Below, piece by piece: positions 15,201 to 28,548 of a stretch of DNA of 64,000 nt (its first letter is position 1; each line of letters begins with the position of its first letter). Under the pieces are notes generated by a model that was given only the letters and a program-made list of their open reading frames with translations, searched no databases and was not told where the DNA came from. Position numbers and translations under genes: made by a program. The stretch lies in assembly GCF_006345805.1 (NCBI RefSeq), contig NW_021832594.1:1-64000 (forward strand). The letters run 5' to 3'. The DNA is from Octopus sinensis (taxonomy: Eukaryota).

Positions 15201-15861
15201 ATGCTGATGACCTTGCTCTAATTGCTGAGTCACTATCAGAACTTGAGGAGAAGTTTCAGTGAAAAGGACACAACTAAAGTTGTAACATTCCTCTTAAATT
15301 ATTTATGGCAGTGGATCTCAAGTGGGGTCCATATGAGATTTTGTTCATGAAAAAAAATCATGTGAATTAAATTGGTTATATTTCTATAATAACACAAAAT
15401 ATTTTAATATCTTTTATATAATTCCAAATAATATTTAATTATAAAAATATAAATTGTTTTTAAACATAGAGAAACATTATAAAAATATATAAACATATTT
15501 TAAACAATAGGCGCAGGAGTGATTGTGTGGTAAGTAGCTTGCTTACCAACCACATGGTTCCGGGTTCAGTCCCACTGCGTGGTGCCTTGGGCCGACCAAA
15601 GCCTTGTGAGTGGATTTGGTAGAGGGAAACTGAAAAGAAGCCCGTTGTATGTATGTATATACATATGTGTTTGTCCCCACCAACATCGCTTGACAACTGA
15701 TGCTGGTGTGTTTACATCCCTATAACTTAGCGGTTCAGCAAAAGAGCCCAATAGAATAATTACAAGGCTTACAAAGAATAAGTCCTGGAGTCGATTTGCT
15801 CGACTAAAGGCGGTCCTCCAGCATGGCCACAGTCAAATGACTGAAATAAGCAAAAGAGTAA

Positions 15862-15900
<39 letters not shown>

Positions 15901-18007
15901 TACATTCATACAAGTGTTGCATATGCACATATATATCATCATCATCGTTTAACGTCCGTTCTCCATGCTAGCATGGGTTGGACGGTTCGACCGGGGATCT
16001 GGGAAGCCAGAAGGCTGCACCAGGCTCCAGTCTTATCTGGCAATGTTTCTACAGCTAGATGCCCTTCCTAACGCCAACCACTCCGTGAGTGTAGTGGGTG
16101 CTTTTTATGTGCCACCTGCACAGGTGCCAGGCGAGGCTAGCAACGGCCACGGTCGGATTGGTGTATTTTACGTGCCACCGGCACGGAAGCCAGTCGAGAC
16201 AGCGCTGGCATCGGCCACGAGTCGGATAGTGCTTTTTACGTACCATCAGACCAGGGACCCTGGCTGGTTCAATTCGATTTCGATTCGATTTCGCTTGCCC
16301 CAACATGTCTTCGCAAGCAAAGAGGTTTGGCATGGGTGCCTGTCGTCGGATGAGGTTCTATATCGACTTCGCTTGCCTCAACAGGTCTTTGTGTCCAAGG
16401 GAGGAAAGGCATGCATAAGTGGGCTGGGCTCACTTGTCCTGCCTGGTCTTCTCATGTACAGCATATTTCCAAATATGCTATACACACAGGTTATATATAC
16501 AGGTTATATATACATATACACATATATGCTGGCATGGCGCCATGTAATGTGTATGAATGAAGATGGTTGCATGAAAAGGTGTTGGTCTCTAATTATAGAG
16601 GGAACATGTAAAAAGAGTAGACCCAGGAAGATGTGGGATAAAGTAGTGAGAAAGGATCTATGAACGTTGGGACTTACAGAAGGGATGACAGGGGAGTGAG
16701 ACTCTAGGTTTGTTGCACTTGAAAAGACACATCAAGCTAAGTAAAAACGTGGTTGCCCTTGCATGCAGCTTGTCGCCTGCATCCCTCTCTAGTTGAGCAT
16801 TCCAAACTTTGCAGTCTGGTAGGTGCTGGTGCCATGAAGAAAGTACCCATATCGGTACCACATAATGCACCCATGCTGGTGCTGCTTTGTTTGTTTGTTT
16901 GTTGAGCAAAGCGTTCTTCGTCCCAGAGCTCGCAAGATCGCCCCTCAGGATTGTCTGTAGTCGGAGAAGTAAGAAACGTGGTCCTTTGCTATTCATAAGA
17001 CCTGCAGAAGAGAAAGCAGGTCAACCCCCGACACCGAGAGAATCGACGGATAGATGAATGCGCATCCAGGCTCAGCGGCTGCGTAGGAAGTCGGGGACAA
17101 GAAACAGGAAGAAAGAATGAGAGAAAGTTGGAGCAAAAGAGTACAACAGGGGTCGCCACCACCCCTTGCCGGAGCCTCGTGGTGCTTTAGGTGTTTTCGC
17201 TCAATAAACACACACAACGCCCGGTCTGGGAATCGAAACCGCGATCCTCCGACCGCAAGTCCGCTGCCCTAACCACTGGGCCCTTGCGCCTCCACTGCTG
17301 GTGCTGCTTAAAAGCACCCAGTACACTCTGTAATGTTAGGAAGGGTATCCAGCCATAGAAAGCATGCCAAACAGAGGTTAAATGATGATGATAGCAGAAG
17401 GCAATAATACAGTGAGACAAGACATGTGGGTAGGAGATGCACAGGTCGGGGGCAAGCAGAGAGCAATGATACAGTGGCACCGAGCCAAGAAGATAAGATC
17501 AGGGAGTAGGAAGTAATCATAGTACATGAAACAGAAATGTGAGGAAGAGATGTAAGTTCGCACAAGTTACTTTCTTTTAAAAAGTATTTGTTTTAAATCG
17601 AAGATTTATGTATGTGCTGAATATTAGCTCACTCCCTCCATCAAATCGACATACTTGTACAGGTGCACAACATGCCACATGTCAGATGAGGAAATGCTTG
17701 CGGAGCAATGTGAAATGAAGTGTTTTGCTCAAGAATACAATGCCATACTCTTTTACTCTTTTACATGTTTCAGTCATTTGACTGTGGCCATGCTGGAGCA
17801 CCGCCTTTAGTCGCGCAAATCAACCCCGGGACTTATTCTCTTCTAAGCCCAGTACTTATTCTATTGGTCTCTTTTGCCGAACCGCTAAGTAACGGGGACG
17901 TAAACACACCAGCATCGGTTGTCAAGCAATACTAGGGGGACAAACACAGACACACAAACACATACATATATATACGACAGGCTTCTTTCAGTTTCCGTCT
18001 ACCAAAT

Positions 18008-18046
<39 letters not shown>

Positions 18047-18213
18047 AGAAAAAAACTTACAGGACTTTTAGCAGATTTGTATGCTAAATTCCTTAATTCC
18101 AATCCCCTTCGTAGCTGAACACCTTGGATTATCTTTTGCAATCTTTGGTTTGGTATTCTATAAAAACACTGAAAAGTAGAATAGAGAGCAACACCACCAA
18201 CAATAATAATAAT

Positions 18214-18248
<35 letters not shown>

Positions 18249-20987
18249 CAATAACAATGGTTTCAAATTTTGGCACAAGGGCATCAATTTTAGTGGGAGT
18301 GGGTAAGTTGATTACATCCACCCTAGTGCTAAGCTGGTGCTTATTTTATTAATGCTGAAAGGACGAAAGACAAAGTTGACTTTAGATGAATTTGAACTCG
18401 GAACTTAAAAGGTAGGCAATTGGTAAGCATTTTGTCCATTGCCTAATGTTTCAGTAAGCATGTCTATAGCATGCTTACTATTATTTGAAAAATTAACTAG
18501 CCTCATAGAAGATGAATTGCATAGCTTCCTGGAGAAGATAAAGGGATGCAGAAAGATGTCAAAGGGCACTAAATCAGCTGTATATCGATAGCATGATATT
18601 AAATTGATGTATGAATAAGAACACAGTTGTTGGTTGTATAACAAACTTGGGATGTGAAGAGACAGGAGAAATACCATTAAGCATCTCACCTGGCATGCAA
18701 GCAATTCTGTTAGTTACTTGCCTGATAATAAATGACAGTAATAATACGAGGGTAATCCCAAAAGTAAGGTCTCCAAAGTGCTGGCGACGCAGGGAAACTG
18801 TATGTGCAGCTATTGGCAACACTGTTGTGTTTGTTGTGCATGCGTTTGCCCCCTGTGTGCACCTCGCTGCCACACGCAGTCCTGGCTTGACAGTCTTATC
18901 TGATGGAGCTCCCCATCGACACTACTGCCAAGTGTGAAGTTCGTGCAGTTATTTGGTTTTTGAATGCAAAAGGCATTAAACTGATTGAAATTCATCACCA
19001 ATTTATGGAAGTGTATGGTGAGTTGTGCATGGTAGTCAAAAACGTCTGCAAGTGGTGTAGGGAGTTTGCAGCTGGTTGTACTGAAATTCAGGACAAAGTA
19101 AGAAGTGGGCGACCATCAATTTCTGATGAAACAGTTGCAAAGGTTGAGTAAATCCTGCGTGAAAATCAGCGGATCACTCTGGATGATCTCCCCATTTTGG
19201 TTCCTAAGGTTTTCCGAAGCACCATTCATAGGGTTTTGAGTGAAAATTTGCAATACCAGGTGTGCACAAGATGGGTCCCATGAATGCTCACAGAAGGCCA
19301 TAAATGGCAACCCACCTTATAGTCCGGACTTGGTACCCAGTGACTACCACCTGTTCCTTAAGTTGTAAGAACATTTAGCTGGAACACGCTTCAGCAATGA
19401 CAACGAGGTGAAAGATAAGGTTCAACACTTCCTTAAAGACATGGCGGTGAGCTAGTATGACGTGGGCATACAAAAACTGCCCCAGCGCCTACAAAGGGCG
19501 ATTATGTAGAAAAATAGATAAATGTTCAAACTTTAAAATGATGTAAACATCCTGGACAAACATTACTGTGATTTCTAAATATTTTTGGAGACCTTACTTT
19601 TGGGATTGCCCTTGTATTTATGTATATATTTCAGGCCATGCTGTTTGCAGCTTTGTGTAATAATACTCTCTTTATTACATAAGTAAGACTGATAGTAAAA
19701 AAAAAAAAGGAAAAAAAAAAAAATAATAATTACTTGATATTTTGGAAGTGACAGCCCTAATTTATCAGGCCGCAGCATCTTATATTTCGTCAGTAAACCA
19801 ATTAATGAAGGGACATTCCCCTGAAAAGATAAAACATCAAATGAGAAAAAGATATATAATTTACATTCATTAATATTGAGTCCAGTTTGGAATGAAGGCA
19901 GCAGAAATGAAAATAAGGATCTTAGAACTTATATAATGAAGATACTGATTACTGGGGTAGACAGTTTCAGTCTATGATGTGTGACAGAGTAAAGTGCCTT
20001 CATTGTAAACATAGAGCAGTAATGCTTACAGAGTATAAACTCTGACTCTTGAGCTGGTTGACAAGATATCATACTGACAACAGAACCATATTAACTCTTG
20101 CAAACCATATTAACTGTAAAGCATTCAAAGGAGTTGAATCAAGCATGGAGAAGTCAACATTAAAATGATGATGATGATAGTCAGATAGGCAGATGGATAT
20201 AGATATGCTTAGTAAATACAAAATTGGAACTGTTTATGATGCTAATCTCATATATGCTGTGTCAGTGTAGCAGTTTATTAGTACGCTCACCCACTCTAAC
20301 ACCATTTATGTAAATTAGGTCAGGTCTGGTTCAGTCAGTGGTGCACACTTTTGTGTCTCAGTAAACAAGTAATCAAATCCTGACGATGGCTTTAACAAAA
20401 GCTGAAACTAATCGATTAATTAACTTGATCCTTCTCACTGGCTGTCAAAAGGCCTATGATTTAACCAAGAGACCAATTGTCTTGGTAATAATTTTGTTAT
20501 TCTAGCACACGCACAAATATAGAATTGCACAAATAGTCTGTATGTTTGATTTTTGAACACTTCAGTTTTTCTGAAATTCAAAGAAGATGAATATCAAGTC
20601 AAAGAGACAAATCTCAGGAATGACATACACACAAACATCACTAATCCAAACACTGAACTACTAAGAACCTTAATCAAATGAACCAAACCTTATGGAATGC
20701 CTGTTCACATTTAACTGTACAAGCAGGTCAGTGTTTTGCCATGCTAGTACTGGTTAAACATATATATGACTGAGGCATTGTTTTACAGTTGGATGCCCTT
20801 CCTGTCACTAACCCTTAGGTGATTTGCAAGTAAAGCATCGCTTATATCAAATGACTTTGAAAGAACAAAGTAACAAGCAATTTGTTTACAGAAGTGACAA
20901 CACAGTTTGAACAATCACAGATACATACTTACAAATGTGTGTGAGTGCGAGAGAGGGAAGAGGAGAGTGAAAGTTCATGGATAAAAT

Positions 20988-21021
<34 letters not shown>

Positions 21022-21022
21022 A

Positions 21023-21089
<67 letters not shown>

Positions 21090-24000
21090 ATATTCAAGAT
21101 TGTGTTGGACAGATAAGAGAAACTTGGCAATTTAGAACGTTCTGGAAAATCCATTAATTAGTCACAAAATTTGTTTGGCACCAGTCACATCACAAATCAA
21201 TATTTTCGATTTTGCAGAACAGACAATGAGTATGGAAATAGCATTAAATGACAATGGCAATGAAACACTTTACCGTTTTCTTCCACAACAAAATCAGCTC
21301 ATTTATTCGGAATAATGTAACATCAGGATATAAAGTCAGCTCACTCAAAATGTAACAGATTTCTGGGAGCTGAAGGAAGAGAAACAATTTCAAAATATGA
21401 GCAGAAGGAATCAGTTATAAACTGTAGACTAGAATGCGTTTAATACAAACCATTTTATTATTCACTCTGCTTCTTTAATAGAAAAATCATTCATTTTAAA
21501 GAATTCTGAACTAATTTAAAACTTTGCAGCATAGATTTTATATGAGAAACTTTTGTGAAGTTATGGTTCTGGTATTAGCATCAAGAAATGGTTAATTACT
21601 TCCAAATTTTTGACTATTTGAAAAATTGAAAGACATAAGCAGTGTATGTCTATAAGATAATATGGTCATGAAAGAATTACATTTCATATGACAGGCTACT
21701 GGTTGGATGGATGGATAGGCATGGCTCTGTGCTAAGAAGCTTGCTTCCCAACCACATGATTCCAGGTTCAGTCCAACTATGTGGCACTAGTCTTTGGTCA
21801 AACAAAGTACTATGAGTGGATCTGGTAGATGGAAGCTGAAAGAAACCTGTTCATCATCGTCATTTAAAGTTCGCTTTCCACATAGGCATGGGTTGGACAA
21901 GCGGGAGGCTGCACCGGGCCCCAATCTGATCTGGCAAGGTTTTTACAGCTGGATGCCCTTCCTAATGCCAACCACTCTGAGTGTAGTGGGTGCTTTTCAT
22001 CATCATCATCATCATCGTTTAACGTCCGTTCTCCATGCTAGCATGGGTTGGACGGTTCGACCGGGGATCTGGGAAGCCAGAAGGCTGCACCAGGCTCCAG
22101 TCTTATCTGGTAATGTTTCTACAGCTGGATGCCCTTCCTAACGCCAACCACTCCGTGGTTTATATTTTTATATACCACAAGCACAGAAGCTAGTCAGGCT
22201 GCACTGGCATCAGCCACACTGAAATGGTGCTTTTTATGTGCCACCAGCATGGGTACCATTCAGGTGGCACTGGCATCAGCCATAACTAAAATTCACTCAG
22301 TTGAACAGGCCAGTCAGCCATGACAATGATTTCACTTGACTCAACAGTTCTTCTCAAGCACAGCATATTGACCAACAATTGAAGGGTGCTTTTAAACAGG
22401 CCAGTTACGTGACCACAATTACAATCTCATTTGGCTTGCCGGATCTTCTCAAGCACAGCAGATCTCCAAAAATTTCAGTCACTTGTCATTGCCCCTGTGA
22501 GACCCAACGTTTGAAGGCCATGCTTCACCACCTCATCCCATGTCTTCCTGGGTCTACCTCTACCACAGGTTCCCTTCACTGTTAGGGTATGACACTTCAC
22601 ACAGCTGTCCTCATCCATACACATCACATGACAATACTAGTGCAGTTGTCTCTCCCGCACACCACATCTGATGCTTCAACAAGCCAAATAACATCAGAAA
22701 ATAAGGTTAGCAGTTCTAGCAATTTTATCAGAGATAAACCGTATACAGAAACACGAAGAAGAATTAGAAGGATACTTACAATATCATAATTTCTGAGAAG
22801 ATAAAAGAACACATTGTACACTGCATGAAGCTTATCATAGGCATCCATGTATGGCATGACAAGTACAATCCAGTGAAATACTAATTTCTGAAATATTAAA
22901 CGAGAAACAATTAATTTACACATTTAGTGTTGTAAAGGAAATCAAACAGAGTTATGCAATGTGATGTTAAATTTGAATTTACAATTTCTCGGCCTATTGG
23001 TGAGTTTACATCAGCATTATCTACAATAATTTCCCTGCTCAAGACACTTTGGGCAGCATATTGCCTTTTCTATGTTCAAGTGTACACAAACATATTAAAT
23101 TAGTCTGGTTGGGTGGTAAGAGGTTTGCTTCATAACCACACAGTTCTAGGTTCAATCCCACTCTGTAGCACCTGGGGCAAATGTTTTCTACTACAACCTT
23201 GGGGTGACCAAAGTCTTGTAAGTGGATTTTGTAGATGGAAACTGAAAGAAACCCATTGTGTGTGCATGTCTTGTCTGTCTCTCTCCATTGCTTGACTATC
23301 TATGTTTGTTTACATCCCCATGACTTAGCAGATTGGCAAAAGGAACTAATATATCAAATACCAGGATTAAAAAAAATAAACACTGGCAATGATTTGTTCA
23401 ACTAACACTCTTCAAGGCAGGGTCCCAGCGTGGCCAATCTAATGAGTGAAACATGATCAAAGATAACTGTATTTCATTCAATGTCGCTTACTCTGGCTCT
23501 GGTTGTCAAACAGTGGTGTGGTACAAACACAGACACAAAAACACACACATGTATATATCTTATTTCTTTATTGCCCACAAGGGGCTAAACATAGAAGGGA
23601 CAAACAAGGACAAAGGGATTAAGTCGATTACATCGACCCCAGTGCGTAACTGGTACTTAATTTATCGACCCCGAAAGGATGAAAGGTAAAGTCGCCCTCG
23701 GCGTAATTTGAACTCAGAACGTAGCGGCAGACAAAATATCGATAATTATTTCACCCGGCGTGCTAATGTTTCTGCCAGCTCGCCGCCTTACACACATGTA
23801 TATATCTATATGACGGGCTTCTTTCAGATGGTCAGCCCAAGACTATAGTAGAAAACGCTTGCTTAAGGTGCCACACAGTGGGACTGAACCCAGATCCATG
23901 TAGCTGGGGAGCAAACTTCTTACAATATATCCAAGTCTGCACCTACAAATGTGGAAGTATCATCTGTTAGGTGCATCACATTAACCTGCAAAGTACAGCA

Positions 24001-25295
24001 TTCAGTCTTCTGTAATAGAGCCAAATGGATTTATTTTAACATGATGTACAATGATAAAACGTTTTTATACACTCACCGTGAATGATGTATTGGCCTTTTC
24101 TGAAATAGCGAGATGATTTATACATGATAGAAGTCTGATGGCAGCTATTTGTGGGAAAGTGGTTTGTGGGATACAACATCGAATGAGATCACGACTGATC
24201 TGAATTCCTTATAAGGAAAATAAAAAAAAAATTAAAGAAAATTAAAATGAAACAAGAACAAACAATATGTGTGTGTGCGTATAAATTATATTAGAGCTAA
24301 ATTCGACAGTTTGCATATAAGGAAACGAAAACACAATATCCTAAAAAAACAAAATATCAACTAGATTTTTTTATATATTTCTTTATTGCCCACAAGGGGC
24401 TAAACATAGAGGGGACAAACAAGGACAGACCAAGGGAGTAAGTCGATTATATCGACCCCAGTGCGTAACTGGTACTTATTTAATCGACCCCGAAAGGATG
24501 AAAGGCAAAGTCGACCTCGGCAGAATTTGAACTCAGAACGTAATGGTAGACGAAATACTGCTAAGCATTTCGCCCGGCGTGCTAACGATTCTGCCAACTC
24601 ATAGTTTACTCAAAGTAGACACCTTCAGCTTCCATTCTGATCCTAAGATGGCTCCAGAGAGAGGTACATGTGTTCCTCACTATGCCCTAGAACACATCGT
24701 TGATCTTAGTCACCAGCTTGGCCTTGTTGTTGCAGCTAGAACAGTTGGTAACCTGTTGTATTATAACTGAGGGAATTAGGTGACCAGAATTTGGGGCTGG
24801 TGAAGTTGTAGAAATCCTCCAACAATTGCATCTGACCCCACACATATGGCTTCCAACAGCAAACCTCTCCAGCCAGGGTTTGACTGGTCTTCAGCATCTT
24901 CATATGACCATTTGAATTGTGCCGAAGGCCCTATTCAAAGATGGGTGGCATGACGTCACCTTCAATGGAGACGTAGCCAAAGAACCACCACAGTTTGGAG
25001 GAATCTTGGTTTTCATAACGTCTATGTCACATTTTGTAGCCTTTACAATGTTCACAGAGAATTGAGTGGCAGTCATGAAGTCAATATTCTGACACCCAGC
25101 ATAATTCATGATAATACAGGTAACTCAAGTCCAATATTCAGATGGCTTTTAGTCCTCTATGCCAACTAACTTTTTCTCCACTACAACTTTAATCCTTATG
25201 CTCTCCAATGCTGTTGACTGTTCAATACATCAAGCAGTTCCTAAAGAAAAGAGACAAAAAAAAAAAAATCAAATTTAGCCAGAGCACCTTGTATG

Positions 25296-25330
<35 letters not shown>

Positions 25331-28300
25331 GAGTAAAACGCCCCCCCCCCACCGTCCAATGGATGGTGCTGAGTTGTCAAACATTTAAACCAAATTTTCT
25401 CAAAACAACTTGTCTGACCATCCCATAGGCCTCCCCTTTGAGAAACACTGATTTAACCTAAATTTGAGACACCAGCAAAAGAAGAAATAAAGATAGACTT
25501 TTTTTCTATTCCAAAGAAAAACGATTTTATTCACACAAACATGCAACCAAACTTGCGCGTACAAATGCACGTTCCCACAGCTTTATCGATCACATTCTTA
25601 CCTGGAATCTATTTTTGTAATTTTTTCAAGACTTATACACACCCTGATACCGTTGGTATCTACAAATCAAATTTGAGCGCAATCAGATGAAGGATGCCCG
25701 AGATCCTAGAAGACAAACACACAGACTGACAGACAGATCGGATTTTATATAATAGATAAGGAAACAGCAATTTTCAACTGCAACTTTGCACTGTCCAGTG
25801 TCTTGGGAGTGAAATTTGGTTGGCATAAACTATGCACAAGTCTGTCATATATACACACGTTTGCACATATTTTCTCTCAAGATTGTTTGTTCACTGATGT
25901 CAAGATTTAGACATCAATGAATAAACTAATGAACAGATGTATGAAATGAAGATATATTTCCTCCACAAAATGCACGAGATTACATAAAATAAGAAAACTA
26001 GAATTAAGTGTGATTACAATAGATAAAAGAAGGAATTTCACATTTTTTCTTTCATCTTTAGTCAATCAGTCATAATGTAATGGCTCTGCACACACAACAA
26101 ATATGAAACAAGACAAAATGCTGAAAGGCAAGCTACCTTTCAGGTTGCTGCCCAGGCAGCTTGCAATAACACATCCAGAATTTGCAATTTCTCCATATGT
26201 GCTACCATAAGGAATAATCCTCACATTCACTCTTTTTAACTCATACACAATAATCTTGTACTTGTCGACAAAATATGCATACAGCCTTATATGCAAAGGA
26301 CTTCACTATTTCATCCCCCTACCTATATGCATGAGGACAGCTGTATCATAGAGCACATGGAAGAGGACAACTGACTCATAATGCATGTGGATGAGGACAG
26401 CAGTCTCATAATGCATGTGGATGAGGATAACTGTTTCAAGGTGCATATGAATGAGGATAGCTGCATCAAGGTGCATATGGATGAGGATAGCTGCATCGAG
26501 GTGCACACAGATGACAATAGCTACATCAAGTTGTACATGGATGAGAACAGTTGCCTCCAAGAGCACATGGATGAGGACAGCCACACCAAAGTGCACATGG
26601 ATGTTATTCCTGTAGATATTCACCAGCATCTCACCAATCTAGGTGGGTCTATAAAGATTATTAACACTGTAACCCATGTCTTTTTGACTATCATCCTCAT
26701 CATTTAATGTCTGCTTTTCCATGCTGGCATAGGTTGGATGGCTTGAAAGGAACTGGCAACACCAGGGACCACACAAGTTTCCATAGTCTGTTTTGGTTTA
26801 GTTTTTACAGCTGAATGCCCTCCCAAATGCCAACTACTTTACAGAGTGCACTGGGTGTATTTTTCATGGCTCTAGCACCAGTACTTTTTACTTGGCACCA
26901 ACACCAATGCCTCTTACGCAGCACTTTGGTTTTAAGATATCAATTCTGTTGTAATGGCCACGTCCTCTGGAGCACATCAATGTGCAACATAACTCCGTCC
27001 TCTGTCATCTCTTTTGTAAGGCTCAGCATTTTCAGATCAGCATTCAAAATTTATTAAAACATCACACAAAGAATGAAACAGTAAAACCTGCAGAGAAAAA
27101 TAAAGGCAAAAAACAAAAAAGGGAGCATCAATAGGTCTCACCATATCGTAGACTTGCAGCAACATTAACCAGTCCCAGAATATCTTCATGTGATAAACCT
27201 ACAGCTTGTGCACAGACTTTCACATTAACAATGCAGGTTTTCAGCTTCCCTCTTGGTTTCTTTACTGAACTTTCTGTAAAGAGAAGGTCACAATCACACA
27301 GATGTAATATTAGATTTCAGTCAGTTTAATTTTTTGATACTCACAAATGTTAATAACTAAAAGATAGAGAAATGTAGTACATTTCGGTCATTCTTAAAAC
27401 CATCTACTTTAGCTTAAATATTTCCGGTAGAGAGAATTGGAATGGGTAAAAATCAATTGTGAGTTCCGTGATATCACAGGTTGGGAGACATGTACACATG
27501 GATATCCCGCCAGCATTGATTTTCTTTGTTTTCTTCTGTTCATGGTGGAAGCAGTGGGAAAGCAAACTCCTTAGCCACACCACCATGTCTCTACCTGAAA
27601 TCTTTACATATAAAAGTGAAGTTGTGTGTCTGTCTCCTATGATTTAGATTCCTAACTACTCCCACATTTTGCGGTGCAGTTTAACCCAAACCGGGTATCT
27701 TATAGTCGTGATTCATATCGAGCCCTTCTGGGTATTAGCGCGCGTCTACGATGAGTCTATGATTTAAAAAAACAATTACATCATTTTTCCCCATTTTTAA
27801 TGCATTCTTTTTGCTATTATATGAGGGTAACTCTCTAAAAATGCTTATATAGTTATTTCCTTTACAAACCCGAGCAACGCCGGGCGATACTGCTAGTGTG
27901 TGTATAAATATAGGTATTAATAACTAAGAGGAAGGTGGTGGTGAGATGTGCTAGAAAAAACAGCCAAATCTCCCCTAAATCACACATCTTTTCCTGAGAA
28001 TATATTATTTTATTTATTTATTTATTTTTTTACCAAAAAGAAGCTTTGCCCAAGGTTTTTTAAGTGCGTAGTGCCAAAGAAATTGGCCAAAATTCGTTCG
28101 GAGGCAGAGGGGATAGGGAGGGGAAACAAAAATCATAAATTTTCAAAAATCTTTTCTCAGAAAAAGATGCCCACCATCACACTATTATTTCGAAGGCTGT
28201 GGAGTGAAAAAAATTTGGAAATTTCCTCGTCAAAACGGAGAAATTTCAACTTCGTCATTGTCAGTTTACCGTCATGATTGTCAAAATACAACCAGCTGGG

Positions 28301-28497
28301 ACATCGATAGCACAATACGATTTTTGCTTGGAGGAGTGGCTGTGTGATAAGTAGCTTGCTTACCAACCACATGGTTCCGGATTCAGTCCCACTGCGTGGC
28401 ACTGTGGGCAAGTGTCTTCTACTATATAGCCTCGGGCCGACCAAAGCCTTGAGAATGGATTTGGTAGACGGAAACTGAAAGAAGCCCGTCGTGTGTA

Positions 28498-28548
<51 letters not shown>

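Noticed and set aside
15965-16663. 232-aa ORF and the many similar short ORFs (LQLDALPNANH, RLPNPLTRLWSA, YIYIYI)
   Set aside because: These are chance read-throughs of SINEs, LINE relics and microsatellites.
17225-17295. tRNA gene
   Set aside because: The tRNA-like A/B boxes continue into a SINE body and tail bounded by a 14-bp TSD, with no proper acceptor stem.
18479-18577. Extra 99-nt exon-like segment (AG...GTAAG) in intron 6, also at 56825-56921
   Set aside because: It is phase 1-1 inside a phase-0 intron, the phase-0 reading hits TAG at once, B has a 2-nt deletion, and I see no CENP-I similarity.
25190-25242. Strong cryptic acceptor in intron 2 shared by both arms (B 48908-48909), reading ELLDVLNSQQHWRA*
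   Set aside because: Exon 2 ends in phase 1, which gives a stop after 3 codons, and there is no shared donor. A poison or terminal exon cannot be supported without RNA data.
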